A DNA stretch of 64,000 bases, taken from contig MU058065.1 of the NCBI GenBank assembly GCA_013265495.1, positions 8,659,819 to 8,723,818 on the forward strand, in the 5' to 3' direction. Position numbers and translations under genes: made by a program. The stretch's first letter is position 1, and each line of letters starts with the position of its first letter. The notes under the pieces are model-generated. The model saw nothing but the letters and a program-made list of their open reading frames with translations. It had not been told where the DNA came from and ran no database searches. The DNA comes from Vicugna vicugna. Lineage: Eukaryota. Positions 25,603 through 38,382 of this stretch are shown here, piece by piece.

Positions 25603-26869
25603 GGTCGGGACGCTATCCCCACACTGAACAGCTGTCTGGACTGCAACACAGCGATCACCACACAGAGCTCCGCAGACTGATGCTGGCTTTTTACCTTTCT
25701 GCCCGCCGTTGTCAGACTGATAGTGATAACTCTTTTACATGCTCTCATGGACTCAGCAAGATTATACTAAGAACATTTTGACAAAAAGTGGAAATGAGTA
25801 GGATTCAGGCACTATTGGTTCCTTTTGTGTTACCACGCAGGGAAGGAAACCGTGTATTTTCTTTGCCAGTTGCTGTCATGCTTATAGGGTGCAGGGTGTG
25901 ATTACCTATAGGAGAGTGTGCTCCTTAGTGACCTTTTCTCGGTGGTGACACAATGTTTCCAACAAAGAAACTAATTACAGTAGAGACTGTATGCAGCATG
26001 GATTAGGGTTGCCTAATTAAATTTTATCTCATGGCTGACAGCTATGAATATGTTTAAAGAATTTGTTGTGAAAGCTCCTCTTATGTTTACTACTGTGATT
26101 CAGCCTCCGTGTGGTGAGATTATAGTTCAGGAGGTGCCTGACACCGTAGGGATAATGCTAGCTCATGCTGTGTGTGCAGATGTGTGTATAGATGTGTGTG
26201 TGTGTATGTGCACGTGCACATAGGCTGCCCTTTGGAATCTTTTAATGCATCAAACCCAGGCAGGGTGAAAGAGCTGTTTTCTCACTCACTAAGAAAGGTT
26301 TCTGCAGTTACCATAAAGCACAACCTCAGAAGGTCCTTCTTTACGTTAGTCAGTGTGTGACGGTTCTGACACGCAGTGCTTCACATTTTCACATGTGTGA
26401 CAGCTGCTGCTCATGGAAACCTCATGAGGCTTGGGGCCTGGACTGAAAATAACTCAAAGATAGACCTGGTGATAGTCATGGGCAACTGGATTAAGACATC
26501 ACTGCTGTTTGGGAATCTGTGGATGATTCAGTAAACATTGACTAGGTGCCTGCTCTCTGCAGGTATTGTACTAGACTCTAAGAACACATAGATGCCAAAA
26601 TGTTCATCAAAATGTTTGATGAAAAGCTGTCCATCTATTGGAGGTGACCATGAATAGGACTATAAACCAATAATTACATGTGGACATGTATACAAGATGT
26701 TAAATGGGAATACCGAGGAGGAAATGATTAATTCTACCTCAGATTAAAAAAGAAAATTGAGAGTGTAGAGTGGTTCAGGGGTCCACTACTGTGTTCAGGA
26801 CTGTTGCATACAACCCTGCACTCTGTGCATGTTGGGCTTGGATCTCTCCAGAGGTGCCACCAGAAAGGT

Positions 26870-26997
26870 AAGCTTTGGAGTCACACAGCTCTGGGTGTGA
26901 ATTTCAGTTCAACCATGAACAATCACTTGTTGTTATGTGACTGAGTAAGGAGTTTAACCTCTGTCAAACCTGGTTTCTTCCATTAAAATAGGAATAC
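26870..26997 (+). mobile_element. MIR 5' half; the 3' half resumes at about 28880-28970 after the L1 insertions
   Basis: gctttggagtcacacagctctggg...tttaacctctgtc...; after the L1s, cacatggcaggtgctccataaatgttag. Confidence 0.65.
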
Positions 26998-26999
26998 TG

Positions 27000-28170
27000 T
27001 TTAACATTTTCTGATATAAATTATAGCAATATTTTCTTACATCAGTTTCCCTAGGTGAAAGATATAAAAGCAAAAATTAACAAATGCAACCTAATCAAAC
27101 TTAAAAGCCTTTACACAGCAAAGGAAACTGTCAACAGAATGAAAAGACAACCTGTGGAATGGGAGAAAATATTTGCAAATGATGTGACCAACAAGGGGTT
27201 AATCCAAAATACACAAACATTTCACACAACTCAATATCTAAAATACAAACAACCCAATCAAAAAGTGGGCAGAAAACCTAAATAGACATTTTTCCAAAGA
27301 AGATATACAGATGGCCAACAGGAACATGAAAAGATGCTCAACATTGCTAACTACAAGAGAAATGCAAAGGAAAACCACAGTGAGGTATCACCTCATACCA
27401 GTCAGAAAGGCCGTCATCAAGAAGTCCTGCAAATAGTAACTGCCGGAAAGGGTGTGGGGAAAAGACAACCCTCCTACACTGTTGGTGGGAATGCAGTTTG
27501 GTCCAGCCACTATGGAAAACAGTACGGAGATTTCTTTAAGAATTAAAAACAGACTTAACATATGCTCCAGCAATCCCACTCCTGGGCATATATGCAGAGG
27601 AAACTCTAATTTGAAAAGATACATGCACCCCAATGTTCATAGTAGCACTATTTACAATAACCAAGACATGGAAACAGCCTAAATGTCCATCGACAGATAA
27701 TGGATTAAAAAGTTGTAGTATATATATACAACGGAATACTACTCAGCCATAAAAAAGAATAAAATAATGCCATTTGCAGCAACATGGATGGACCTGGAGA
27801 CTGTCATACTAAGTGAAGTAAGCCAGAAAGAGAAAGAAAAATACCACATGACATCATTTATATGGGGAATCTAAAAAAATGACACAAATAAACTTATCAA
27901 CAAAACAGAAACAGACTCACAGACATGGAAAACAAACTTATGGTTACCAGGGGGAAAGGGGTGCGTGAAGGGATAAATTGCAAGTTCAGGATTTGTAGAT
28001 ACTAACTGCTATGTGTAAAATAGATAAACAAAAAGGTCCTACTGTATAGCACAGAGAACTACAGAGAACTATATTCAACACCTTGTAACAGCCTATAATA
28101 AAAAAGAGGATGAATAATGGAATCACTGTGTTGTACACCAGAAATTAATACAGCATTGTAAAACAAAAAA
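27000..28170 (+). mobile_element. 5'-truncated L1 (ORF2 C-terminus plus 3' UTR), cetartiodactyl-type
   Basis: [41 protein letters not shown] is L1 ORF2; 3' UTR tactgtatagcacag.gaactatattcaa; A-rich tail. Confidence 0.95.
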
Positions 28171-28189
28171 TAGAGCCATGACTCCTGCA

Positions 28190-28879
28190 TTTTTTCCCTC
28201 CAGAAAAAAATGAAAACTAATTCAAAAAAATGAATACACCCCAGTGTTTATAGTAGCACTAATTACAATAGCCAAAACATGGAAACAATCCAAGTGCCCA
28301 TCAACAGATGACTGGCTTAAGAAGACATGGTACACATATATATGTACAATGGAATAAGATATTGTGTGTGTGTGTGTGTATATATATATGTATATATGTG
28401 CAATGGAATACTACTCAGCCATAAAAAAGAATAAAATAGTGCCATTTGTAGCAACATGGATGGACCTAGAGAATATGATACTTAGTGAAGTCAGACAGAG
28501 AAAGATCAATGATATTATATGATTATATGATATCACTTACATGTGGAATATAAAAAAATAATACAAATGAATGTATATACAAAACAGAAACAGACTCAGA
28601 GACATGGAAAACAAACTTACGGTTACCAAAGGGGAAGATGGGGAAGGAGGGAGGGAGGGAGGGACAAATTAGGAGTATGGGATTAATAGATACAATCTAC
28701 TACACATAAAATAGATAAGCAATAAGGATTTACTGTATAGCACAGGGAACTATATTCAATATCTTGTCATAACTTACAATGGAATATAATTGGAAAAAAT
28801 ATAACTGAATCACTTTGTTGTACACTTGAAACTAACACAATATTGTAAATTAACCATACTCCAATAATAAAAAAAAAAA
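28190..28879 (+). mobile_element. Second 5'-truncated L1 3' end directly downstream
   Basis: Repeats the same 3' segment (caatggaatactactcagccataaaaaagaat...tactgtatagcacagggaactatattcaa) and has its own poly(A). Confidence 0.9.
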
Positions 28880-29864
28880 GAATGACAGCATCACCACATT
28901 GAATTATGAAGATCAGAGCAAATAACCCATCTAAATTGTACACATGGCAGGTGCTCCATAAATGTTAGTGTCCCTTCCCTCCCAACCTTTACTCCCATTC
29001 TATGTTGAGTGATGTAGAAAAGCCAAATTACCAGCTTATTGGGAATGATTATTTGGTCATTCTTTCAGGAATTCATGGCAGATTTCAAAGTATTTTGGAA
29101 CTTGAAAGCCAAATAATTGAGTATAGGAAAAGGAGAAACTAATAATAGCAAAAACAACAAGGGTTGCTCTACATACATTCCCTTTTTCAAGCCTCAAAAA
29201 AAACCCTCTAAGGGAGGTTGCATCTCTCCTATAATGAAGATTATTTTCTTACTACTGTAATATTAGTGTTAATTCATTTTGTTTCGTATGTGTGTAAACC
29301 TTTATAACCCTGAGATAGGTTTTAAAAAAAAAATTATTAAGGCTCCCAAATTAAGGTGCATTGCAACCAGATGAGAATGGCTGGCTGGAGCCACCCATCA
29401 GAGATGGAGGAACAGATCTCATGCATAAATGTGCTCCACTGATGTGGAGCTTGGTATATTTTCCGTTTATGTGTAGTATATACATACTTTGTCATCAAGA
29501 GTAGTTAACTCAAAATGTAAAGTTTCTTTAAAGTAACTGGTAAAGAAAACAAATCTGTGTTATCTTTCGGTTTCTTTTTTATCGGCCTATCACAAATTTT
29601 AATGTTATACAGAGTTCATGATTGGAATGTTCCTTTATTACTCACCCTGAGTGTTAGCTGGGAGCCAGAACTCTCCCAAGGCTTGGGCATGACCCTAGGG
29701 CTTTAGAGTAGATTAGTATCAAAATAACTCTTCACTCATTTGGCTAGTCTTCTTTTCTATTCCAGACAAGAGGGCACTGCTCAGCCCAATGACATCTGCC
29801 GTGTGCTGGCTTCTCTGCTGTAAGTGCTTCTTTTGGCTTCCGCAAAGCTCCTCATTTACTTAAG

Positions 29865-30342
29865 GTATGGAATAAGTGGTTTTAATCAAAAGATCCTAGG
29901 ATACAGCACAGCTCTAAAAAGTTTCTTTTTCTCGTGTGATATAGATTGAAGGGGAGCCTTGAGGCCAACCAGAGGGCTGTCCCATGAGGTCATTCAGGGA
30001 AGCATGTCCTCCCATCTGGTACTCCCCACACCCCAGTGTGATGTTCTCATGCTCTGGGGTCAAAGCTGGGTTGATCCATGTCTGAGCTACAGCCCAAGGG
30101 AAGAGTGAAGAAAGTTTACCAAGCGGCTGTGTCCTTAAGGAGCTAATCTAGACTGAGCACACATTACTTCACTTCCTAATGGTCTGAACTTAGTCACAAA
30201 GTCACTCCCAGTAGCAAGGGAAGCTGGGAAACATAGCTGCTGACCTAACGGCCATGTGTCTAGTTAGAACTCAAGGAGTTCTGTTACAAAGATAGAGAAG
30301 AAAGGATATCGAGAAATAATAGTTAGCAATCTCAGCCAAGAC
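29865..30342 (-). mobile_element. Old MaLR LTR (MLT1K/L-like)
   Basis: gaacttagtcaca...gcaagggaagctgggaaacatag...ggccatgtgtctagt...ttagcaatctcagcca. Confidence 0.65.
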
Positions 30343-30439
30343 ACAAGCTGAAAGAGAAGAGTAGCTATGCAATGGAAGAGCACATTTTTTTTTTTGGGTC
30401 CCCAATCAGGAGTTATTCTCCCATTTTAAAGTTTTTAAT

Positions 30440-31192
30440 ATCTCTCCTCCACTATGATCCCTAAGTGGCAGCTTCTAGCTGTGTCCTCAACAGCATCCTG
30501 CCACTACCCTTGCCTCCCCCAAATCCACTGTTAACACAGAAGCCAGCAGGATCTTTTTCCAAATGTAAACTAGGCAACATCACTTCTCTGCCTAGAACTG
30601 ACCAAAGACCTCTCCTTGCAACGAAGAATCAGATCTACTCTCTGTCCCGTGGCCTAGAAGGCTGCCCTCCTGGCTTGCGCTTACTTCTCATCCTCTTCTG
30701 TACTCTGCCAGTTTTTGTTGTTCCTTGGATATACCAAGTTTGTTTTCATCTTGACTCTTTCCCTCTTGCTGTTCCTTCTGCTCAAGGTCGTATCTTAACA
30801 AAACTGTCTCCTTCCAATATTCGGGCTTGAACCCCAATGTGACCTTTTCAGTGAGGCCTTCCACAAACACTCAGCTACTGTAGCCCCACCCTCCTATCTG
30901 CGACATTACCCCAAAATATCTCCTTCATAACATGCGTCTTGACCACTGCTATTCACTATTTGTTTTATTTGTTTACATATTTACAGCATATAAGCTCTTG
31001 GAGACAGGACACTGTCTTGTTCACACTGTGTTCAGAGCTCCTAGCGGGCAGCTGGGAACACAGGGCAGGCCCTTTCGGACTATCTGTTAGCTGACAAGCT
31101 TATTTTTGTAAAATAGTAAAACTATTTCTCTAACAGCTGTTAGCACAGGGCCTTGCACATGGTAGGTATTCATTAAACATTTACTGAATGAA
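30440..31192 (+). mobile_element. L2 LINE 3' region
   Basis: aaatgtaaac...catcacttctctgcctagaac...cttgctgttccttctgc...tgtcttgttcac...tagcacagggccttgcacatggtaggtattcattaaacatttactgaatgaa. Confidence 0.8.
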
Positions 31193-33491
31193 CAGAACTA
31201 GCTACAAATTCCAGTGAATGAGAGTGCCAAGGGATGCCATTTGAAAAGGCTTTAGATAAACATTTTGTGTTTAATAATTTTCTGAATATTCAGGAAATCA
31301 ATAAGCTTTGTAAAACAAATACAGGTAAGTGTAAAGAAAATCATACCTCCGAAAGAAAACCATCATTAACATCTTGGTAAACATACACAACAGACTTTTC
31401 TCCTATATATGTGCATACACGCACAATTTCATAAAACCGGTGTCATACATATACGCAGTTTAAATAGAAAACTTCTCAAGTGGACTCGCCAAGAAACAAT
31501 GCTAATTTTAAAGTATGAGGATGAACACTGACATGTTAGATTGTGTGCTCTCCTTACATATTTCAGGTGGTGGTAATAGAACATAGAGATAAGATTTGCG
31601 TGGGCACGTCTGCCAGCAGCCAGACCCATGCCCCATCCTAGGGGCTTTCCAGCAGGGAGAAAAAGAATTTCTAGAAGGGTTTGTCAAGGCCGAGATGCTG
31701 CTTATTCTTAATGAGGGCTCAGTCTCCTTCCTTTCCACAGAAAAGCACTGACTGCTTGTCTTGTCATCTTTCCTAGCAAAAGGTGATGAATATCACTGGG
31801 AGACAACTGTACAGACGTGTATTTTTACCTTTACCTTAAACTTGTGTACAACACAGACTCCTATGAGGGAACTGTGTAGTCACGCTACGCTATCGAAATG
31901 TCAGGGGTGCTGTTTTTCTCGGAGGTGAAGGGAAGCAAGTGAATTTGGAAATCTGGTGTGCAAATGTGTATGAGTATACAAACGACATTTCTAGATCCAA
32001 ATAAACTCATCCATCCATGAGTATATACGGCTGGCATCAAGTCACTCAGCATAAAAACGTGGTGGGTGTTTACAACTTCTTTTAAAAAAGCATTATTTAC
32101 ATTAAAAATATGTCTTCTAATTCCCCAAATAGTCTGTGTAAAGAGTTGGTAAATTTGGGTTAAAAGATAAAAGGGTCAAAAAAAGAAAGCACTGGGGGAA
32201 AAAATGGGAAAGGTATGCATCGAAGTGTCACTGTCTTCTGTGTTCTCAGCCTTCTGTACGTGCGGAAGGGGTGCACGTTATGCTTCCGGTTCTGACTGTG
32301 CCCAGCTCCCTGTGTGGGTCTGGCCAAGTCAGTTCCCCTCCCTGAGCCGTTATGTCTTCATCACCAAAATAAAACAAGAGAAAGAGAAAAAGAAAGAAGC
32401 CAGCACTCACATACCATGCAGCCTACCTAAACAGTACAGAACACCCTCTCCAGCTCTAACATTCTATGATCATTACTACTGTTAAAAAACGTATTACTTG
32501 TGTTATTTTGTACAGACAAATTATATGGGCCATTGTTACTTTTTCTCTTGCCTTTTTGTTTGTTGTTAAGACGATGTTGGTAGGCAGTTCTGCTAAATGG
32601 TGCCTTATCTGCTTAAAATTTCTTGCATGGTATCTACCAACATGAATGACATTTCTAGTATCTATCAGTTGTACTTTGAAAGCCTCTAATGCTGATTGAA
32701 GTTTTAGTTTAGTCCAAACCCTTCTCAGGTGGGTTTTCTGTGGATGGTCTCTGTTCCTAGAAGGAGGCAGGGATCTGGCTCTGGAAGACTGGTAAAGAAC
32801 CCAGCCACTTCAGAGCTGTGGCCTGCGAGACGCGAGGACTGAATGGGGAAACAGGTATGCTGTCTGGTTTTCAAAAGAGAACAGGTCCTTGCCATAAGTG
32901 ATTGCTGATATGTGAAAATCAAATTATGCTGAAGTCCTTGAAGTCCTCTAAATCTTGTGAATGTGAAAGACTCCACTGTTATCCACAAAAGAACCCTCCG
33001 GAAAGGAAACACATAGACAACGGCCTGGAGAATGAGAACAAAGAACCAACATCCAACCAAAAGGGATGACATAAAGAATGCCCGCATGGCAGTCATTGTT
33101 AAAATACACAGTTAAAACTACCAGGACAGAAGCAACAAACTCGTGGAGGCGCCCTCTGCAGTAGTCAAGAATCCTAGGCTAAGGCCAGTCCCTAAAGTCA
33201 AGTCAACCGCCCCTTTGACTGTTTACTACAAGGCTGACTTTAGAACTTCTGCTTGAGGAGTTGGGGGGGAGCAAAGAATTGAAAAGAAAAGAAAAAAATC
33301 CTTTCTGAGCTTGCCTCACGTCTAGTTTGAAAGCAGAATTTCTTTACTGGAACAGCTGATCTGTAAGGCCACCCAGTTCACATGAATCTCGATGGGCTTT
33401 TAGCATTCAAGAGTGGGTACAGTCTACTTGCTTCTGTGCCAGCACTGCATACAGCACATACACACACCCCTGCCTATTTACACCTCCAGGC

Positions 33492-33732
33492 GAGTGTTCC
33501 TCAGCCTCAGAGCTATCAATACTTTGGGCCAGGTAAGTCTTGGCCGGGGGGCCATCTTATGCACTGAAGCATGTTTAGCAGCATCCCTGGCTTCATCTAC
33601 CAGATGCCAGTAGTGCCTCCCCTCTCCCTTTACCCCTCCATCCCCGTCCCCGTGATATGACAACCAATAATGTTTCCAAACATTGCCAAGTGTCTCCTGG
33701 GGGACAAAGTCTCCCTTGGTTGAAAATCACTG
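33492..33732. mobile_element. MER20 hAT-Charlie transposon
   Basis: atgtttagcagcatccctggc...agatgccagtag...gacaaccaa...aaacattgccaagtgtc...ggttgaaaatcactg; degenerate 8-bp TSD ctccaggc/ctttcggc. Confidence 0.85.
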
Positions 33733-34463
33733 CTTTCGGCTGAGATGAGGACCTTTACTGAGGGGGGAAGAAGACTCGGAGAGTGTAAGGAAAGATTCAG
33801 ATATTTATTCTTGAAGTTATTCTATTTATGGACATTATTCAAAGATGCTTACAAGTGTTTTTAGGAGACTGATCTTATTCCAAGAAAGCTAACATTACAA
33901 ATACTATTTTAAACTGTTAACTTATATCTGCCTTTTGACAGAATGTCTTAATGGGTTCAAGCATTTGTCTTGAGGAGTGCTACTGATTCAGCCATTGTTT
34001 GCAAAATTTGTGGCACCACCGCCTTCCACCTGCAAGAGCATCAAGTGGTGTTTTGCTTTCCTCCCCCAAACTTTGCAAACTACTTTGAAACACTGCTGAA
34101 AATATACATAGCAGAATAACTTATTTTTTTCTGTGATTCTCAAATTAAAAGAACCCACTTTGTCTACCAGCTTGGAGAGCAAGTGTTTTTATTCTGAACG
34201 TAATTGAGACAGAGTTATCTAGATCCATTTTACCATGTTGCCACACAGGCTTAAAATATTTTGCTACCAGCAAAGTTGTAATTTGCATACAACACTGACC
34301 TTATGGAATAAACTTACGACCAAACCTCGTAGGTTAAGAGTGACTAAGAATTAATGTACCTTAATCTGCAATTTAAGGACACACCCTTACTCAGCCTTTT
34401 CATTCTTATCTTGACCTGTATTTTGCTCCTAAAGAATAGAAAAACACTACAAATGGTGAGGTG

Positions 34464-34464
34464 T

Positions 34465-34495
<31 letters not shown>
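34464..34495. repeat. (TG)n microsatellite
   Basis: Direct observation. Confidence 0.95.
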
Positions 34496-35686
34496 TGGTA
34501 GTAGCACTCAAGGCCCCTTCCTCCTTCTAGAATTTATTTCAACTGTCATTTATTGAGCACTGACTGTGGCTGAGGATTTGTGCCAATTTTAAGCAGATTT
34601 TATTTTCACAGCACAATCAGATGTATTTCTTTTAAAACTGTGCCGTAATTAATCTTCTCTCCATTATTTTGTTATTAGTGAAGATTGCCACAAAAACTAT
34701 TGGTTTTTCTTTCTGTAAATGAGAAAGGAAACAAGGAATGGGAGGGGGAAATCTACCAAAAGGTAGGCTGGGATTTATGAAGCCAAACATCTTGCTTTGT
34801 AAGATTAAAATATGTTCTAAGGATTTTGTTTCCTATTGTTTCACTACTTCTAGACAAGTAGACCAAACAGACAAACCCAGATGCTGCTCTTGGGCTAAAT
34901 TTTTACTTTCAGCCGGATGGATGGCAGGCCCAGAAGACCATCACAGGTAAAATTCTTAAAATATCTGTAACTTCAGATGATTTCTGGGAAAAAAAACATA
35001 CCTTCTGGCCTATAAATTATTCACTATGTTTGCTACTGATTTACTAGTAATATGTTAGCTATAAGCAAATAGGAGTAACTAAATATTGCTAATGCATTTA
35101 AGAATTTTAATTTTAATTTTGATTCTTATTTGCTTTGAGGTGCTGTCTTCTGTGTCAGGCGCTGGGCCTCTAATCTGGTGTCGGCTTACTTGGCTGTGGA
35201 GGAGTTATGTAAAATTATCCAACTGATACAGGCCAGGCGTTCACAGCTCTTTATGCATTAGGGGCTACACTGGAAGCTTTCCAAGAGTAGGTGGCTGTGA
35301 CCTCTAGCACGCAAGACAAAGATGGCGCCTGGGCCTATTTTCAGTATCCCTTAGGCAAGTTTTCTCCACAAACTCACCAACCCCCTCAAAGCTCCCTGCC
35401 CCCCAACCCTAGTCACACCCCATCTCCCCAGGCACCTGGAAGAGCTGGCTTTGGCCTCCTATGCTGACCTGGAGGGTTTGCAGCAGTGCAGTGGCCTTCA
35501 CCCTCTGCACTGCCGAGCGCCATCCCTGCTGCTGCAGAGAGTGTCACCTCCCACATCTGCAGCTAGTCTGAGTGGTACAAACTGCCTGGAATCTCAGAAA
35601 ACCACGTTTTGAAGCTTTCTAACCTCAGCTCTATACGTCACAGAAAACAGTACACTTGCCATCTTTAACAAACAGCCTTATTTTTT

Positions 35687-36410
35687 TTTAACATTTTTTT
35701 ATTGATTTATAATCATTTTACAATGTTTTGTCAGATTCCAGTGTAGAGCACAATTTTTCAGTCATACATGAATATATATCTATTCATTGTCACATTCCTT
35801 TCTCTACCTTTCGCTACCATAAGATCTTGTGTATATTTCCCTTTGCTATACAGTATAATCTTGTTTATCTATTCTACAATTTTGAAATCCTGTCTATCCT
35901 TTCCCACCCTCTGCCCCTTTGGCAACCACAAGTTTGTATTCTATGTCTATGAGTCTGTTTCTGTTTTGTATTTATGCTTTGTTTGTTTGTTTTTGTTTTC
36001 TTAGACTCCACAAATAAGCGATCTCATATGGTATTTTTCTTTCTCTTTCTGGCTTATTTCACTTAGAATGACATTCTCCAGGAGCATCCATGTTGCTGCA
36101 AATGGCATTATGCTGTCGGTTTTTATGGCTGAGTAGTATTCCATTGTATAAATATACCACCTCTTCTTTATCCAGTCATCTGTTGATGGACATTTAGGCT
36201 GTTTCCATGTCTTGGCTATTGTCAATAATGCTGCTATGAACATTGGGGTGCAGGTTTCATCCTGAAGTAGGGTTCTTTTCAGGTATATGCCCAGGAGCAG
36301 GATTCCTGGGTCATATGGTAAGTCTACTCCTAGTCTTTTGAGGAATCTCCATACTGTTTTCCACAGTGGCTGCACCATACTGCATTCCCACCAGCAATGC
36401 AGGAGGGTTC
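35687..36410 (-). mobile_element. Young 5'-truncated camelid-type L1 (L1_Vpa-like) with a perfect 19-bp TSD
   Basis: ORF 36001-36450 contains the L1 ORF2 C-terminus ([20 protein letters not shown]...YTMEYYSAIK) without stops; TSD acaaacagccttatttttt at 35668-35686 and 36447-36465. Confidence 0.95.
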
Positions 36411-36835
36411 CTGCCGGGGGGATGTTTAATGGTGTTACACAAAAAGACAAACAGCCTTATTTTTTAAAACCTCTCTTGCTCTTCCTCCCATTCTTTTCTT
36501 TTTATGTTGTTTCCAATTTTTGTTTCTTGGCTATTCTTTTCAAGGAGGGAGAATAAATAGGTTAAAAACCAACCAGGAGGTATTGGGAAAGGAAAGGAGA
36601 CTCGCTGAACGGGGAGCAAGAGGAGGGTTATCAGTATTAGTTGCGGAGCAAGGCTGGTGCTGCCAGAATGGAGCTGATTTGTTTGGGGTTGGAATGTGGA
36701 GCAGCAATCATGGAGCCACCAAGTGGCCAGAATCTTAGCAACGTGTTCCCCAGCATTACTGTCCTCCTGTCGCTCACAGCACTAGTGCTTCGCTGTGAAG
36801 GTTGCTCCGAAATGAGTTGACGAAGTACAGACAAT

Positions 36836-37235
36836 TGTTATGGGTTGAAGTGTGTTGAAGTCCTAATCCCCAGTTATCTCAGAATATGACCTTATTTGGA
36901 AATAGGGTCATTGCAGATGTAGCTGGTTAAGATGAGCTCATACTGGAGTAGGGTGGGCCTGGAATCCAATATGACTGGTGATCTTATAAAAAGGGAAATT
37001 TGGTTAGGAACACACACACTCAAGAAGACTGCCACGTTAAGGTTGACGTATTCTGTCATAAGCCAAGGAATTATCAGAAGCCAGGAGAGAGGCTTGGAAC
37101 AATCCTTCCCTGTGCCTTCGGAGGGCCTGACACCCTGCTGACATCCAGTTTTCAGAACTGTGAGACAACAGATCTCTGTTGTTTAAACCACTCAGTCTGT
37201 GGTCATTTGTTAAGACAGGCCAAGCAAACTATAAC
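36836..37235 (+). mobile_element. MaLR solo LTR (MLT1C-like)
   Basis: tgttatgggttgaa...gaccttatttggaaatagggtcattgcagatgta...cagaactgtgagacaa...ctgttgtttaaaccac...aaca. Confidence 0.85.
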
Positions 37236-37879
37236 ATAACAACGTAGCAATGAGGGAGCTGGCCTGGTTTAAACTAGACTCTTCCCAGAGGAGTGTTGGT
37301 TTGATGGGGCTAAGAAGTGTGCATCGTCCAATCCAAACACCTAGAATGACACCCGTGTGTATTGATAACAGACAGACACGTGTAAGGACGTAACTGAAAA
37401 CACACGGCAACAATTTCTAAGGAATTCTATGAAAATAATAATTGCTGAAGATACTTGTTATGGTTATCATAACCAAATGATTAAAACCTGTGGTCACTCT
37501 TGGGCTTCTTAAACGTCAAAGGATCTGCATCTCCCACTATCAGGGCAATTCCAGGAGCTCAGCATTCCAGGTCACCCTTTTCTATAATTTAGCTCAACCA
37601 GCACTTTATTAACTTGACTATGTGCCAAGAACTCTACACAAGGGCAATTAAATAAAGCATGAAACACAATCCCGGCCCTTAAGTAACTTATTCTATAGTA
37701 ACAAATAAGGCAGAATTCTGGAGGAATCTTTCATCTGTTAATCTACAGGGGATTCTGTCCATTTACACCCAGGAATGGTCAAGACTCTTAGTTATGTGAT
37801 GGAAACACAACTCAAGCTGGCTTAAACAAACACATACGTAAAACCCTGGGTTTTTTAAGGGTGAAAATATGACTTAGGT

Positions 37880-38382
37880 AGTACATTAGTCAGGGTGCTC
37901 CAGAGAAACAGAATCAATAGGAGAGAGAGAAGGAGGAAGAGAAGGTGGGGAAAGGCTGCAGGAAGGGGAAGAGAGAAAGATGGAGAGGAAAGAGATTTCT
38001 TTAAGGAATTTGCTCATGTGATTGTGGGGGTAATTTGTAGGGCAGGTTGGCAGGCTGGAAAATGAGGTAAGAGTTGATGTTGTAGTCTTGAGTCCAAATT
38101 CTGCAGAACAACAGGCTGGAAACTCAGGCAGTGTTTCTATGTTGTAGTCTAGAGGAGAATTTCTTGTTGGGAAACCTGTCTTTGTTCTTAAGAAACCTGT
38201 CTTTGTTTCAACTGATTGGATGAGGCCCACCCACAATATGGAGGATAATCTGCTTTACCCAAGTCTACTGATTTAAATGTTAATCACATCTAGAAACACC
38301 TTTACATAAACATCTAGATTGGTGCTTGACTAAACAACTGTACACCAGAGCCCAGGCTAGTTGACACGTAAAGTCAACCACA
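37880..38382 (-). mobile_element. ERVL solo LTR (MLT2D-like)
   Basis: attagtcagggtgctccagagaaacagaatcaatagga...aactgattggatgaggcccaccc...gttgacacgtaaagtcaaccaca. Confidence 0.85.

Noticed and set aside
32725..33096. 123-aa minus-strand ORF with a hydrophobic N-terminus
   Set aside because: The hydrophobicity comes from a T-rich strand; no recognisable homology.
36001..36450. Longest ORF in the track (149 aa) as a host gene
   Set aside because: It is the C-terminus of L1 ORF2 inside a TSD-flanked truncated L1.
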